From Candidatus Woesearchaeota archaeon (GTDB taxonomy: Archaea; Nanobdellota; Nanobdellia; Woesearchaeales; UBA10216): a stretch of 57,337 nt of DNA. Location of the stretch: NCBI GenBank assembly GCA_016188155.1, contig JACPIH010000011.1:1-57337 (forward strand). Direction: 5' to 3'. Below the pieces are notes generated by a model. It saw nothing but the letters and a program-made list of their open reading frames with translations. It was not told where the DNA came from and did not search any database. Positions 1 to 8,329 of the stretch are shown one piece after another; the stretch's first letter is position 1, and each line of letters begins with the position of its first letter. Made by a program: the position numbers and the translations under genes.

Positions 1-390
1 ACAGCGCGCGAGGCTGCCAATCTCCTTGCGAGCCTCATTTATGGGAATATCCGAAAATACTCGCTCATTCCTGGCATTACGCAGTTTCTGCTTGCCGGTT
101 CAGACAAGGAGGGGTTTCACCTCTATGACCTGTTTGTAGATGGTTCTGTAATGGAATGCGATGACTACGTGTCTTCAGGCTCTGGCAGCATTGTTGTTTA
201 CGGCGTGCTGGAGGCCATGTATAAGAAGGAAATTACGGTTAAGGAAGGTGTGGACCTTTGCATTAAATGCCTGAATGTGGCCATTCAGCGGGATACCGCG
301 AGTGGAAACGGCGTATCTGTTTATACAATCACGCGGGACGGCATTAAGAATGTCATCAACAGGGATTTTGAAACTGTTTTGAGGGCTTAG
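1..390 (+). CDS. psmB: Proteasome subunit beta, 5'-partial (runs off the window)
   Basis: Frame is open from base 1 (TAREAANLLASLIYGN...QFLLAG..FHLYDL..DGSV...YVSSGSGS...AIQRDTASGNG). The GSG and RDxxSG motifs match proteasome beta, and the gene lies directly upstream of aCPSF1, a conserved archaeal arrangement. Confidence 0.92.
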   Translation, partial: TAREAANLLASLIYGNIRKYSLIPGITQFLLAGSDKEGFHLYDLFVDGSVMECDDYVSSGSGSIVVYGVLEAMYKKEITVKEGVDLCIKCLNVAIQRDTASGNGVSVYTITRDGIKNVINRDFETVLRA

Positions 391-425
391 CCGTCTTTGC
401 ATTAAAAAATCGAAGTTATTCTAAA

Positions 426-2260
426 ATGGCAAACATAATCAAGGAAATTCTAAAGCTCCTTCCGGAAGACAAGGTCAGTGAAGCCGTATTTGAGGGTGCT
501 AACATAGTTCTCTATACTAAGGACAAGGATTTTTTCCTTAACAACTAGGGCGCAATTAAGAGAATTGTTGATGAGATTAAGAAAAGGGTTGAGCTGAGGC
601 CTGACCCAAGCATGGTATTTCCAATGTTCTCTTTGACCCTCAGAGGAGCATCGTTGTTATTGAAGCGGAAAAGCTTGGCCTCGCGATTGGCAAGCAGGGT
701 TCATTGCTTCAGGAAATCAGGAAGGAAACACTCTGGGTTCCTGTCATAAGGAGGACGCCCGCATTAAGGTCTAAAATTGTGGAAAACATCCGGGCTGTTC
801 TTTTCCAGTACTCTGATTACAGGAGGAAATTCCTGGACAGGATTGGCCACAGGATTTATGATGGCTGGATTCGCGAGAAGAAAAATGAGTGGGTCAGGAT
901 TTCTGTGCTTGGCGGCGGCAGGCAGGTGGGGCGCAGTTGTCTTTTCCTGCAGACGCCTGAATCAAGGGTTTTGCTTGACTGCGGCGTTGACGTGGCTTCC
1001 ATGGACAGCCCTTACCCTTATCTTGAGTGCCCCGAATTCAACATCAACCAGCTTGATGCCGTTATCATAAGCCACGCCCACCTTGACCACGTCGGGTTCC
1101 TTCCGTACCTTTACAAGTTCGGCTTCCAGGGCCCTACCTACTGCACTGCTCCCACAAGGGACATGGCAGCCCTGCTGCTTCTTGATTTTGTCAAGATAAT
1201 GAAGTCCGAGAACAAGGAGCCCATTTACGATGTTGAAGATGTTAAGGAGATGATAAAGCACACCGTAACCCTTGAGTATGATGAGGTTACTGATGTCACC
1301 CCAGATGTCAGGATAACGCTGTACAATGCAGGGCACACGCTCGGCAGCGCCATGATTCACATGCACGTTGGCAACGGGCTTCATAACATCTTGTACACCG
1401 GTGACATGAAGTTTGGCCGCACCCAGGTTCTTGAGCCATCCTCCACAGTTTTTCCCCGGCTTGAAACGCTAATTATTGAGTCGACTTACGGCGGCAAGGA
1501 GGTTAGCGAGCAGGCAAAGGAGGAGAACGACGCAGAGTTTGTTGCCCTTGTTAAGGAAACCATTGCAAAAGGTGGCAAGGTTCTTGTGCCTGTTCTCGGT
1601 TCCGGCAGGGCGCAGGAGATTATGCTTACCTTGCATCATTTCATGTACAACAGCGACCTGGCCAAGGTTCCCATATATGTTGACGGCCTTGTCTGGGATA
1701 TTACGGCCATCCACACTGCCTATCCTGAATACCTTAACAGCAACGTTCGCAAGCTGATTTTCCACAAGGACGAAAACCCTTTCCTTGCAGAGGTTTTCAA
1801 GGAAGTTGGAAGCCAGAAGGAAAGGCAGGAGATAATCCAGAGCAGCCAGCCTTGCATTATCCTCGCAACTTCAGGCATGCTTGTGGGCGGCCCCTCTGTT
1901 GAATACCTTAAGGGGCTTGCTGACAACCCGAACAATTCCCTTGCTGTTGTCTCTTACCAGGGCGAGGGCTCCCTCGGAAGGCGAATCCAGCGTGGGGAGA
2001 AGGAAATCGCCTTTACCAACGGCGCCAACCAGGAAATCCTCCAGGTCAAGTGCAATGTTGTCACGTTTGAGGAATTTTCCGCACACTCAAACCGAAAGCA
2101 GATCCTCAACTTCATCTACAAGTGCAGCCCCAGGCCGAAGAAGGTCATTGTGAACCACGGCGAGTCGGTAAGGTGCCTTGACCTGGCAAGTGCAATCCAC
2201 AAGCTGATGCGCATAGAAACATCTGCCCCCAGAAACTTGGAAGCGGTAAGGCTGAAGTAA
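426..2260 (+). CDS. fttA: aCPSF1/FttA beta-CASP ribonuclease (KH + metallo-beta-lactamase + beta-CASP); 5' part disrupted as sequenced
   Basis: ATG 426 gives MANIIKEIL..FEGANIVLYTK..KKRVELRPDPS. There is an in-frame TAG at 546-548 and a frame change at about 613/614 (..GISNVLFDPQRSIVVIEAEKLGLAIGKQG..). The ORF 704-2260 has SHAHLDH, NAGHTLGS, YTGD, ESTYG, FSAH and NHGE motifs. Confidence 0.93.
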
Positions 2261-2327
2261 TCTTTCTATCAGTATATGTTCCGCAAAGCTTATAAAAGCC
2301 GCAGCGGCAGAAAGCTGTTGAAAAAGA

Positions 2328-3212
2328 ATGCTTCAATTCCTTCAGCTTCAGCACATGATTGTGGTTGCGTTTCTAATCGCCGCTTCCGTAAGCGACCTGA
2401 AAAAGAGGGAGGTTCCCAACTGGGTTAATTACGGGCTTGTTGTCATAGGGGTTGGTTTTGGCCTGCTGCAGTCGGTTATTGCTGCTGACTGGCACTTTCT
2501 CGCTTTCAGCATAGCCGGGCTTTTTTCAGCTTTAGCCATTGCAGCGCTGATGTTTTACACAGGCCAGTGGGGCGGTGGTGACAGCAAGCTTCTCATAGGG
2601 ATTGGCGCTGTGTTCGGGCTTTCCTTTGCTGCCGCGAGCCCGTTCGTAGACATTGGCGACCCCCTATTGTCCTTTTTGGTCAACCTTGTGGTTGTAAGCC
2701 TGTTTTACGCCATTGCGTGGGGTGGCTTTCTCGCATTCCGAAGCAGGAAAAGATTTGGCATTGAGCTGAGCCGCCAGCTTAAATCGTATTCCATTTTCAG
2801 GAAGTTTCTGCTTTTGTTTTCGGTAGTTTCTCTTGTAATGGTTCTTGCAATTAACGACATTGTAGTTAGAGTCGGGATTATATCATTGCTTACCACGCTC
2901 TTCTTCGGGCTTTACCTTTCAATCCTTGCAAAGGCAGTTGAGAAGTCGTGCATGCTGAAGCAGCTGAATCCGTTAAAGCTGACCGAGGGCGACTGGATTG
3001 CAAAGGATGTCATCATCAGCGGCAAAAGAATCTGCGGCCCGAAGGACCTCGGCATTGAGAAGAGCCAGATTCGGCAGCTTGTCTCCCTTTACCGCCGCAA
3101 AAAAGTCCGCACAGTTTTGATCAAGGAGGGAATACCGTTCGCGCCCAGCTTCCTCATTGCTTATCTGATAACTGTTTTCTTTGGCAACTTGTTTATTGCG
3201 TTTGTGCGGTGA
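2328..3212 (+). CDS. Prepilin/prearchaellin peptidase (A24 family, GxGD aspartyl protease)
   Basis: Multi-pass membrane protein with SDLKKREVPN (first Asp), WGGGDSKL (GxGD), LTEGDWI and C-terminal GIPFAPSFL. Confidence 0.9.
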   Translation: MLQFLQLQHMIVVAFLIAASVSDLKKREVPNWVNYGLVVIGVGFGLLQSVIAADWHFLAFSIAGLFSALAIAALMFYTGQWGGGDSKLLIGIGAVFGLSFAAASPFVDIGDPLLSFLVNLVVVSLFYAIAWGGFLAFRSRKRFGIELSRQLKSYSIFRKFLLLFSVVSLVMVLAINDIVVRVGIISLLTTLFFGLYLSILAKAVEKSCMLKQLNPLKLTEGDWIAKDVIISGKRICGPKDLGIEKSQIRQLVSLYRRKKVRTVLIKEGIPFAPSFLIAYLITVFFGNLFIAFVR

Positions 3213-3219
3213 TGAAAGA

Positions 3220-3262
3220 GAAAAGCTTTTATATAAGATATTCTTACTATAAGAAAGTAAGA
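3220..3262 (+). promoter_or_regulatory. BRE/TATA-like promoter plus inverted-repeat operator of the AbrB-PIN operon
   Basis: GAAAAGCTTTTATATA followed by the inverted repeat TCTTACT-N7-AGTAAGA (3242-3262), then SD GAGGTGA before ATG 3278. Confidence 0.55.
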
Positions 3263-3277
3263 TTAGAGGTGATTTTT

Positions 3278-3547
3278 ATGGAGATGAAAACAACGAAGAT
3301 GTCGTCAAGAGGGCAGGTAGTTATTCCTGAGAATGTGCGTGCTGTGGTTTCCGCCTCTGAGGGCACGCTTTTTGCAGTTGTTGGCAGTAGTGACACAATT
3401 GTCCTGAAGAAAATAGGCATGCCTTCGAAGGAGGCGCTTATTAAGGATCTGGAAAAAATTGCGCATGAAGGCAGAAAACGCCTTGAAAGCAAGGGACTTA
3501 GGGAATCCGACATTCTTGGTATGGTTCAAAGGGCAAGGAAAGGGTAG
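3278..3547 (+). CDS. AbrB/MazE/SpoVT-family antitoxin
   Basis: TTKMSSRGQVVIPENVR swapped-hairpin motif. SD GAGGTGA upstream of ATG 3278. Directly upstream of a PIN gene. Confidence 0.88.
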   Translation: MEMKTTKMSSRGQVVIPENVRAVVSASEGTLFAVVGSSDTIVLKKIGMPSKEALIKDLEKIAHEGRKRLESKGLRESDILGMVQRARKG

Positions 3548-3550
3548 CAC

Positions 3551-3955
3551 ATGCACGTTGTGCTTGATACAAATGCGCTGCTATCTTCCACCCTTTGGGA
3601 TGGAAGCGTAGCTCAAAAGCTGTTGTTTAAGCTTATCAAGCATGATGTGAAAATTTTTGCTTCTGATGCCATTCTTTCCGAATACAAAAAAGTCCTTAAA
3701 AGGGACTTTAAATATTCCGATGAAAGGATTCTTGATATTACGAAGAAAGTGGTCTCATTTACGACATTGGTAATGCCTGTTGAAAAAGTTGATGTTGTCA
3801 AGGATGACCCTGAGGATAACAAGGTAATTGAGTGCGCTTTGGCATCTTCTTCTGATTGCGTAATTACTTATGATAAGCATTTGCTCAATCTGAAAAGTTT
3901 TGGGAAAATAAGGATTATAACACCAGAGGAGGCTTTTGGACTTCTCGAATTTTGA
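3551..3955 (+). CDS. PIN-domain (VapC-like) toxin
   Basis: VVLDTNAL, DDPEDNKVIECA and ITYDKHLL acidic PIN motifs. Confidence 0.9.
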   Translation: MHVVLDTNALLSSTLWDGSVAQKLLFKLIKHDVKIFASDAILSEYKKVLKRDFKYSDERILDITKKVVSFTTLVMPVEKVDVVKDDPEDNKVIECALASSSDCVITYDKHLLNLKSFGKIRIITPEEAFGLLEF

Positions 3956-3991
3956 GTGTGTTTTTCGAGCGCTTGACGTGCTTGGCGTTAA

Positions 3992-4507
3992 TCAGCAGTT
4001 ATGAGTATCAAGCTCATCCTCTTTTGTGAATGAGCCAATCCCATTTAGCATTCCGAAACTATCGTTTACAGCCTTCCGCCTAAACATAGCAAGCGAATCA
4101 TCCAGTATCTTCCTGATGTGTTTGTTTAGCTTCAGACCTTCCAGCTCTTCACGCGCGAATAACCCCATCCCTTGACCTTCTGTTTGCTGCAACTTAAGTT
4201 TTTTCAAAGGATGCGGTAAATCACCAATGAAAACAAATTGCTCCCATAATCCAACTTCAAAAGGAGCGACATATCTGCCAAGAAAATCAATGTTCTTGAG
4301 CGAAATGCCTAGCTCCTCTTTAGCTTCTCTACGCACAGCTTGTTCAGGTGTTTCGCCTTTATCAATGCCACCTCCAAAAAAAGCCCACTGGTCAGGCAGA
4401 ACTTTGGAATCTTTAGCCTTATGCTGCAGCAGCACTTTCCCACTTCTATCAAAAAGGATGAATACTGCAACACTGCGGTGAATCTTTTGCTTCGTCATAG
4501 CAATCAC
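3992..4507 (-). CDS. NUDIX hydrolase
   Basis: Nudix box GGIDKGETPEQAVRREAKEELG. Confidence 0.9.
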   Translation of the reverse strand: MIAMTKQKIHRSVAVFILFDRSGKVLLQHKAKDSKVLPDQWAFFGGGIDKGETPEQAVRREAKEELGISLKNIDFLGRYVAPFEVGLWEQFVFIGDLPHPLKKLKLQQTEGQGMGLFAREELEGLKLNKHIRKILDDSLAMFRRKAVNDSFGMLNGIGSFTKEDELDTHNC

Positions 4508-5022
4508 GGCACCCTTCTCAGCTGCTTTGTCATGTAATCGCTTTTCTTTACCGTCTCGCCAGCTGCCTTGTTATCATCAAGCCTTATCGGCTCTTTCCTT
4601 TCAGGCTCCACGCCCAAGCTCTTTGTTTGCTCCTTTAGCTGCAGCTCTGCCAGGCCCATCTGCTCGTCGCTGAGCTTTTTCGGCTGCCACTGGAAGCTGA
4701 GGCCGTCCCCTTCCACCCTTGGGATTATGTTGATTGACAAATGGGGAATCTGCTGCTCTGCGCCTGTGCCGTTCTCAATGATGACGTTTGTGCCCGAGGC
4801 ACCAAGCACTTGCAGCAGCGATGTTGATGCCTTGTTTGCCAGGGCAGCGAGCTTTCTGACAACAGCATCAGGCGTTTGCTCCATGATTGTGAAGTGTTCC
4901 CTGGGCATTACAAGAAGGTGCCCGGGCATTGCCGGCGACTTGTGGAGCATGACCGCTGCGGTATCATCCTCGTACACGACCCATTCCTTTGCCTTGAGGG
5001 CGTCGCAGTACTGGCACGTCAT
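4504..5022 (-). CDS. HIT-family protein with degenerate histidine triad
   Basis: CxxC, VVYEDD, PGHLLVMPREH and NGTGAEQQIPHLSINIIPR (HxHxH reduced to HxSxN). Confidence 0.85.
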   Translation of the reverse strand: MTCQYCDALKAKEWVVYEDDTAAVMLHKSPAMPGHLLVMPREHFTIMEQTPDAVVRKLAALANKASTSLLQVLGASGTNVIIENGTGAEQQIPHLSINIIPRVEGDGLSFQWQPKKLSDEQMGLAELQLKEQTKSLGVEPERKEPIRLDDNKAAGETVKKSDYMTKQLRRVP

Positions 5023-5657
5023 TTGCCGCCACCCTTTCTTCCGCCCTTGGCAAGGAATTCTGTGAGCGAGTCAAGGTCAGCAGATTTGCCGGCTTTTTCT
5101 GCCAATTTGGGTTTCTCGGCAGTTTCTGTCCTTTCCTCTTTCACGATTTCAGCAGCCACGGCCTTTTCTTCTTGTGTTTTGCCGCCCAAAAGTGTTGACA
5201 GTGCAGCAGCAATTTGCTTTGCCTCTTTTTCAGGGAACGCCCTTGAGGGGATATACAGGCCTGCGCTGTCGCCGGCTGTTCTCGGTATTATGTGAAGCAT
5301 GAAATGGGGAGCCCGTTGCCCTGCAGCCACGCCGTTTGCTGCAAAAATTGTGGTGCCCTTGCTCTGGAAGGCTTTCAGCCCTGCCTGCGAGAGCCCTTTT
5401 GCTATCACGAAGATGTGGTCCAGTGCTCGCTCAGGCACCTGGAACATCACAGTGTAGTGCTCCTTTGGCATGAGCAGCATGTGCCCCGGCGTAGCAGGAT
5501 TTATGTCAAGCACTGCTACGCATTCATTATCCTCGTAAACCTTCCTGGCCGGGACCTTTCCTGATGCTATGTGGCAGAAAACGCAGTTCTTCTTCTGGAG
5601 TTCCTCAATCTCGGACTGGTTCAGCTTGCTGATGTCAGGCTCTTCCATTTCGGGCAC
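5019..5657 (-). CDS. HIT-family protein with degenerate histidine triad
   Basis: NCVFCHI, LDINPATPGHMLLMPKEH and NGVAAGQRAPHFMLHIIPR (central His replaced by Met). Confidence 0.88.
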   Translation of the reverse strand: MPEMEEPDISKLNQSEIEELQKKNCVFCHIASGKVPARKVYEDNECVAVLDINPATPGHMLLMPKEHYTVMFQVPERALDHIFVIAKGLSQAGLKAFQSKGTTIFAANGVAAGQRAPHFMLHIIPRTAGDSAGLYIPSRAFPEKEAKQIAAALSTLLGGKTQEEKAVAAEIVKEERTETAEKPKLAEKAGKSADLDSLTEFLAKGGRKGGGK

Positions 5658-6138
5658 CCTTTTGTATTATTTTCTGCAGTTCTTCCCTGATGCGCTTAAT
5701 TTGCTCTTCATTCACCCTTGAAATAATATCCTTGGTTTTTATGAAGAAGATCTTGCAATATCTGCTGACAAGCTCTATGGTTCTTGCATCAACAGGTCTG
5801 TCAACGTAATATTGAAGGTCTGTTCTTGCTTTGCCAGCCTTGTTTATGACTTCAATGTCCTGTGGGCTATAAAACTCAGATAAGTGCCTTTTCATGAATT
5901 CTAAGGAACAGGAATGTATTTCGCATTTGATGCCCAGCTTCATCATCAATGAGTAAAGTGAATAATAGCATATGTAATAAGACGTGGCTGCAGTCCATAT
6001 GTTGCTGCTGTTTCGAACAGTTTGGAGTACTGCTATGGATTCTTCAGCCATACTCAAATAAGAATCTGACATGTTGTCATTTGGCTCTACAAGCTCCAAG
6101 CCCTCTTTCTGCTTAAGGCACCAGCTAATTGAAACCGT
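5635..6138 (-). CDS. HEPN-domain protein (partner of the upstream MNT); start probably ACG at 6138, otherwise TTG at 6099
   Basis: SYLSMAEES, SYYICYYSLYSL..GIKCEIH and ARTDLQYY. Overlaps the end of the MNT gene. GGAGG at 6150-6146 precedes an in-frame ACG. Confidence 0.8.
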   Translation of the reverse strand, partial: TVSISWCLKQKEGLELVEPNDNMSDSYLSMAEESIAVLQTVRNSSNIWTAATSYYICYYSLYSLMMKLGIKCEIHSCSLEFMKRHLSEFYSPQDIEVINKAGKARTDLQYYVDRPVDARTIELVSRYCKIFFIKTKDIISRVNEEQIKRIREELQKIIQKGARNGRA

Positions 6139-6706
6139 AGTAATCCCTCCAGAAGGCGTTCACAAACCATTCAACGCCAAAAATTACCACGTGGCTCTTT
6201 GCCATTTCCTTCACAAGGTTGTTCTTCTCTTTTAACAATGCAGTCCACTCCTCTGGAGCAAAGTATTTAATGCTTACGTCAAGGTCCAAAAGCCTTCCTG
6301 TCTCGTCGTAGTCGCCGTTTTTCTCATTTCCTATGACAAAGACATCCACGTCAGAGCCTTCTTTCTCCGCTCCTCTTGCGTAGCTCCCAAAAATTCCGAC
6401 AGTTCTGGCGTCTTCCTTAAACAGGTGTGCCAGTTTTCTGTGCCCTGTCAAAAATTCCGCTTTTCTTGCGATTTCTGTTATCATTACAACGTCCCGTATT
6501 TCCGAGTATTTCAGGTTAAGCCCGTAGTACTTTATGCCACCCTGGCTTCTTGATTTCAGAATGCCTTTATCCTCTAGGTCCGCAAGGGCAAGGGCTATTG
6601 CCTTTTGGCTTAGCGGAACCTTTCCCACCAGCATTCGCCCATAAACCTCTCCTGCATAGTTGCCTAAAAACTGCTCCAGGATGCCAAAATACTTTTTGTG
6701 TATCAT
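6125..6706 (-). CDS. Minimal nucleotidyltransferase (MNT) with N-terminal winged-HTH
   Basis: IFGSYARGAEKEGSDVDVFVIG (GS-x10-DxD). The N-terminal LSQKAIALALADLEDKGIL...KYY segment is wHTH-like. ATG 6706 lies downstream of a TATA box. Confidence 0.88.
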   Translation of the reverse strand: MIHKKYFGILEQFLGNYAGEVYGRMLVGKVPLSQKAIALALADLEDKGILKSRSQGGIKYYGLNLKYSEIRDVVMITEIARKAEFLTGHRKLAHLFKEDARTVGIFGSYARGAEKEGSDVDVFVIGNEKNGDYDETGRLLDLDVSIKYFAPEEWTALLKEKNNLVKEMAKSHVVIFGVEWFVNAFWRDYYGFN

Positions 6707-6707
6707 T

Positions 6708-6747
6708 TTACACAATTGTGTAATTTATTACATATATAATGGTTTCG
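6708..6747 (-). promoter_or_regulatory. MNT-HEPN promoter with a perfect 16-bp palindromic operator
   Basis: Minus strand reads CGAAACCATTATATATG (BRE+TATA). The palindrome TTACACAATTGTGTAA at 6708-6723 lies between TATA and ATG. Confidence 0.6.
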
Positions 6748-6782
6748 TTATTTGCCTTCTCCACAAAGCCGAGTGCAAAATC

Positions 6783-6797
6783 CGAAACCTTTAAATA
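6783..6797 (+). promoter_or_regulatory. BRE/TATA-like promoter, divergent from the MNT operon
   Basis: CGAAACCTTTAAATA, the same motif seen at other promoters in the window. Confidence 0.55.
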
Positions 6798-6889
6798 CTA
6801 CTTCCATACAAATATGGACAAGTAGGGTGGCTTTTTGGGGTGTTGGGCATTAACCTTAGTTTAGTGGCAAATTGGGAGTTGAGGCGCGC

Positions 6890-7051
6890 TTGACAAAAGT
6901 AAAAGTTTCTATGACTATTGACGATGAGATATTTGCCGCTTTCAAGAACTTTTGCAGGCAGAACGGCATGAAGGTCAGCACCAAGGTTGAGCAGCTGATG
7001 AAGGATAACCTCAAGAATGCCACGCTCGGCCAGTTTATCAAGCAGCAATGA
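6890..7051 (+). CDS. Small ribbon-helix-helix (CopG-like) protein, 53 aa, not in the ORF track
   Basis: Manual translation from TTG: MTKVKVSMTIDDEIFAAFKNFCRQNGMKVSTKVEQLMKDNLKNATLGQFIKQQ, an alternating beta-strand followed by two helices. GAGG lies upstream. Confidence 0.72.
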   Translation: MTKVKVSMTIDDEIFAAFKNFCRQNGMKVSTKVEQLMKDNLKNATLGQFIKQQ

Positions 7052-7086
7052 TTCACTTTCACAAATCATAGCGTGAGTAAGTAATG

Positions 7087-7136
7087 TGTGCAATTCCGCA
7101 TATGCGGAATGCACAATCCTGCGAAGCAGGATTTGT
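7087..7136. repeat. Inverted pair of REP-like bulged hairpins
   Basis: TGTGC-A-ATTCCGC-ATAT-GCGGAAT-GCACA overlapping AC-AATCCTGC-GAA-GCAGGATT-T-GT. The single-base bulge lies on opposite arms of the two hairpins. Confidence 0.6.
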
Positions 7137-7159
7137 AAGTAAAGCAATTGTGGGGAAAT

Positions 7160-7510
7160 CAGCCCTTACAAAAAGGGTGTGTCGCTGAATGGGAGATAGG
7201 TTCATACACAATTTGGTATCTTCTTGCGGCAGCCATGGCCCTGCCTTCACTTCTTCGCTTCACTGTTACAGTCAGGCAACATCTCATATTCTTCCGGAAA
7301 TCGGGTTTTTGATTGGCCTTTTTGTAAGAGGTCAGTCGTTTTGGATTGACCCTTTCCCAAAGGGTCACGACACACCCTTATCTCCTTCTCACGCAGGGGA
7401 TAAGGGTGATTTTAATCCTCTTATTGGAAAGAAAAACGCGCTAGGGTTGGTTGGGGCTGTGGACTCAACCCTTAAGACCCTAACCGATTGCCATAAAGGT
7501 TCGGTCGTGC
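7160..7510. other. Highly structured intergenic region (possible ncRNA or regulatory switch)
   Basis: Perfect 12-bp complementary pairs 7165-7176/7317-7328 and 7173-7184/7368-7379, plus hairpins 7347-7367 and 7373-7408. Confidence 0.45.
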
Positions 7511-7580
7511 CCTTAGTACTTTATCAAAATGAAATTTCCCGTTCAGGCCATAGCGCAGCACACATACTGATCACTGACTA

Positions 7581-8030
7581 TTATAAATTTTTCTCTGTAT
7601 CTTTGCCAGCGGGCCTGACAGTACTTGACAGCTTTTCTCCTAGCTGCTTTGTAGAAATCCCAACACCTATTTTGAACAATAGCTTCTCGTATGTCCAAAC
7701 CTTGATGTCCTTTATCAGGCAAAGTGCTACGAAATCCTCGTCTTTCTCATGCGTGCCTAATAGCTCCTTTGCCCTTGGAAGTGATGCCTTATATTCGTTT
7801 ATAGCGACCAACGAAACCCGGCTTAAAATAAGCGATGTGAGCTTTTCTAAATCCTGTAGAGGCAGCTTTGACTTTTCGGCAATATCTTCTTTGTGCTTAA
7901 GAAACTCTTCCTTGAGCCGCTCTGGAGCGCACAGCCTTAACTCATCATCGAATAAAATCTCTAAGATGTCACCCTGCGAAATTAACATCCTGAATAGGAC
8001 GTTCGCATCCAGGACAGCTTCAACAGCCAT
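7581..8030 (-). CDS. PIN-domain (VapC-like) toxin
   Basis: AVLDANVL, EKDEDFVALCL and VWTYEK motifs. Directly downstream of an RHH antitoxin. Confidence 0.85.
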   Translation of the reverse strand: MAVEAVLDANVLFRMLISQGDILEILFDDELRLCAPERLKEEFLKHKEDIAEKSKLPLQDLEKLTSLILSRVSLVAINEYKASLPRAKELLGTHEKDEDFVALCLIKDIKVWTYEKLLFKIGVGISTKQLGEKLSSTVRPAGKDTEKNL

Positions 8031-8264
8031 TCATACCAGCCCTTCTTCCTTAAGGCGTCTGTGCATGGAAGCCTTGACCTTGCTGGCAAGCTCGTCAGCA
8101 TCCTTCTCAGTCATCTTTGACTTTGAGACTATTGACTTGAACAGCTTGTATTCAACAACCCTTTCGGATATAGCTTTCCTCGCTATCTCAGACCAGTTCA
8201 ATTCTGGCAATTTATCCATTTCCTTCTTTAGTTCCTCTGGCAGCGCCAGCGTTAATGTCGGCAT
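8031..8264 (-). CDS. Ribbon-helix-helix (CopG-like) antitoxin
   Basis: MPTLTLALPEELKKEMDKLPELNWSEIARKAI. SD GAGGTGA upstream. Confidence 0.85.
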   Translation of the reverse strand: MPTLTLALPEELKKEMDKLPELNWSEIARKAISERVVEYKLFKSIVSKSKMTEKDADELASKVKASMHRRLKEEGLV

Positions 8265-8282
8265 TTTCATCACCTCAGTTAA

Positions 8283-8327
8283 TGCACATAACACAGTTAA
8301 TTATGTGCAACTTTATAAATCTTTCGC
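8283..8327 (-). promoter_or_regulatory. Promoter and operator of the RHH-PIN pair
   Basis: Minus strand GCGAAAGATTTATAAAG, and inverted repeat TGCACATAA-N9-TTATGTGCA at 8283-8309. Confidence 0.62.
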
Positions 8328-8329
8328 TC

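Noticed and set aside
546-548. TAG recoding (alternative genetic code or pyrrolysine)
   Set aside because: TAG acts as a normal stop for psmB, the AbrB gene and the MNT gene, and a nearby deletion points to local damage or error.
6791-7147. Minus-strand ORFs of 118 aa and 68 aa
   Set aside because: They are shadows of the plus-strand RHH gene at 6890-7051.
7160-7560. RNase P RNA, SRP RNA, tRNA or a known riboswitch
   Set aside because: I could not find their hallmark motifs (e.g. GAGGAAAGUCC or a T-loop GTTCRA in a cloverleaf) on either strand.
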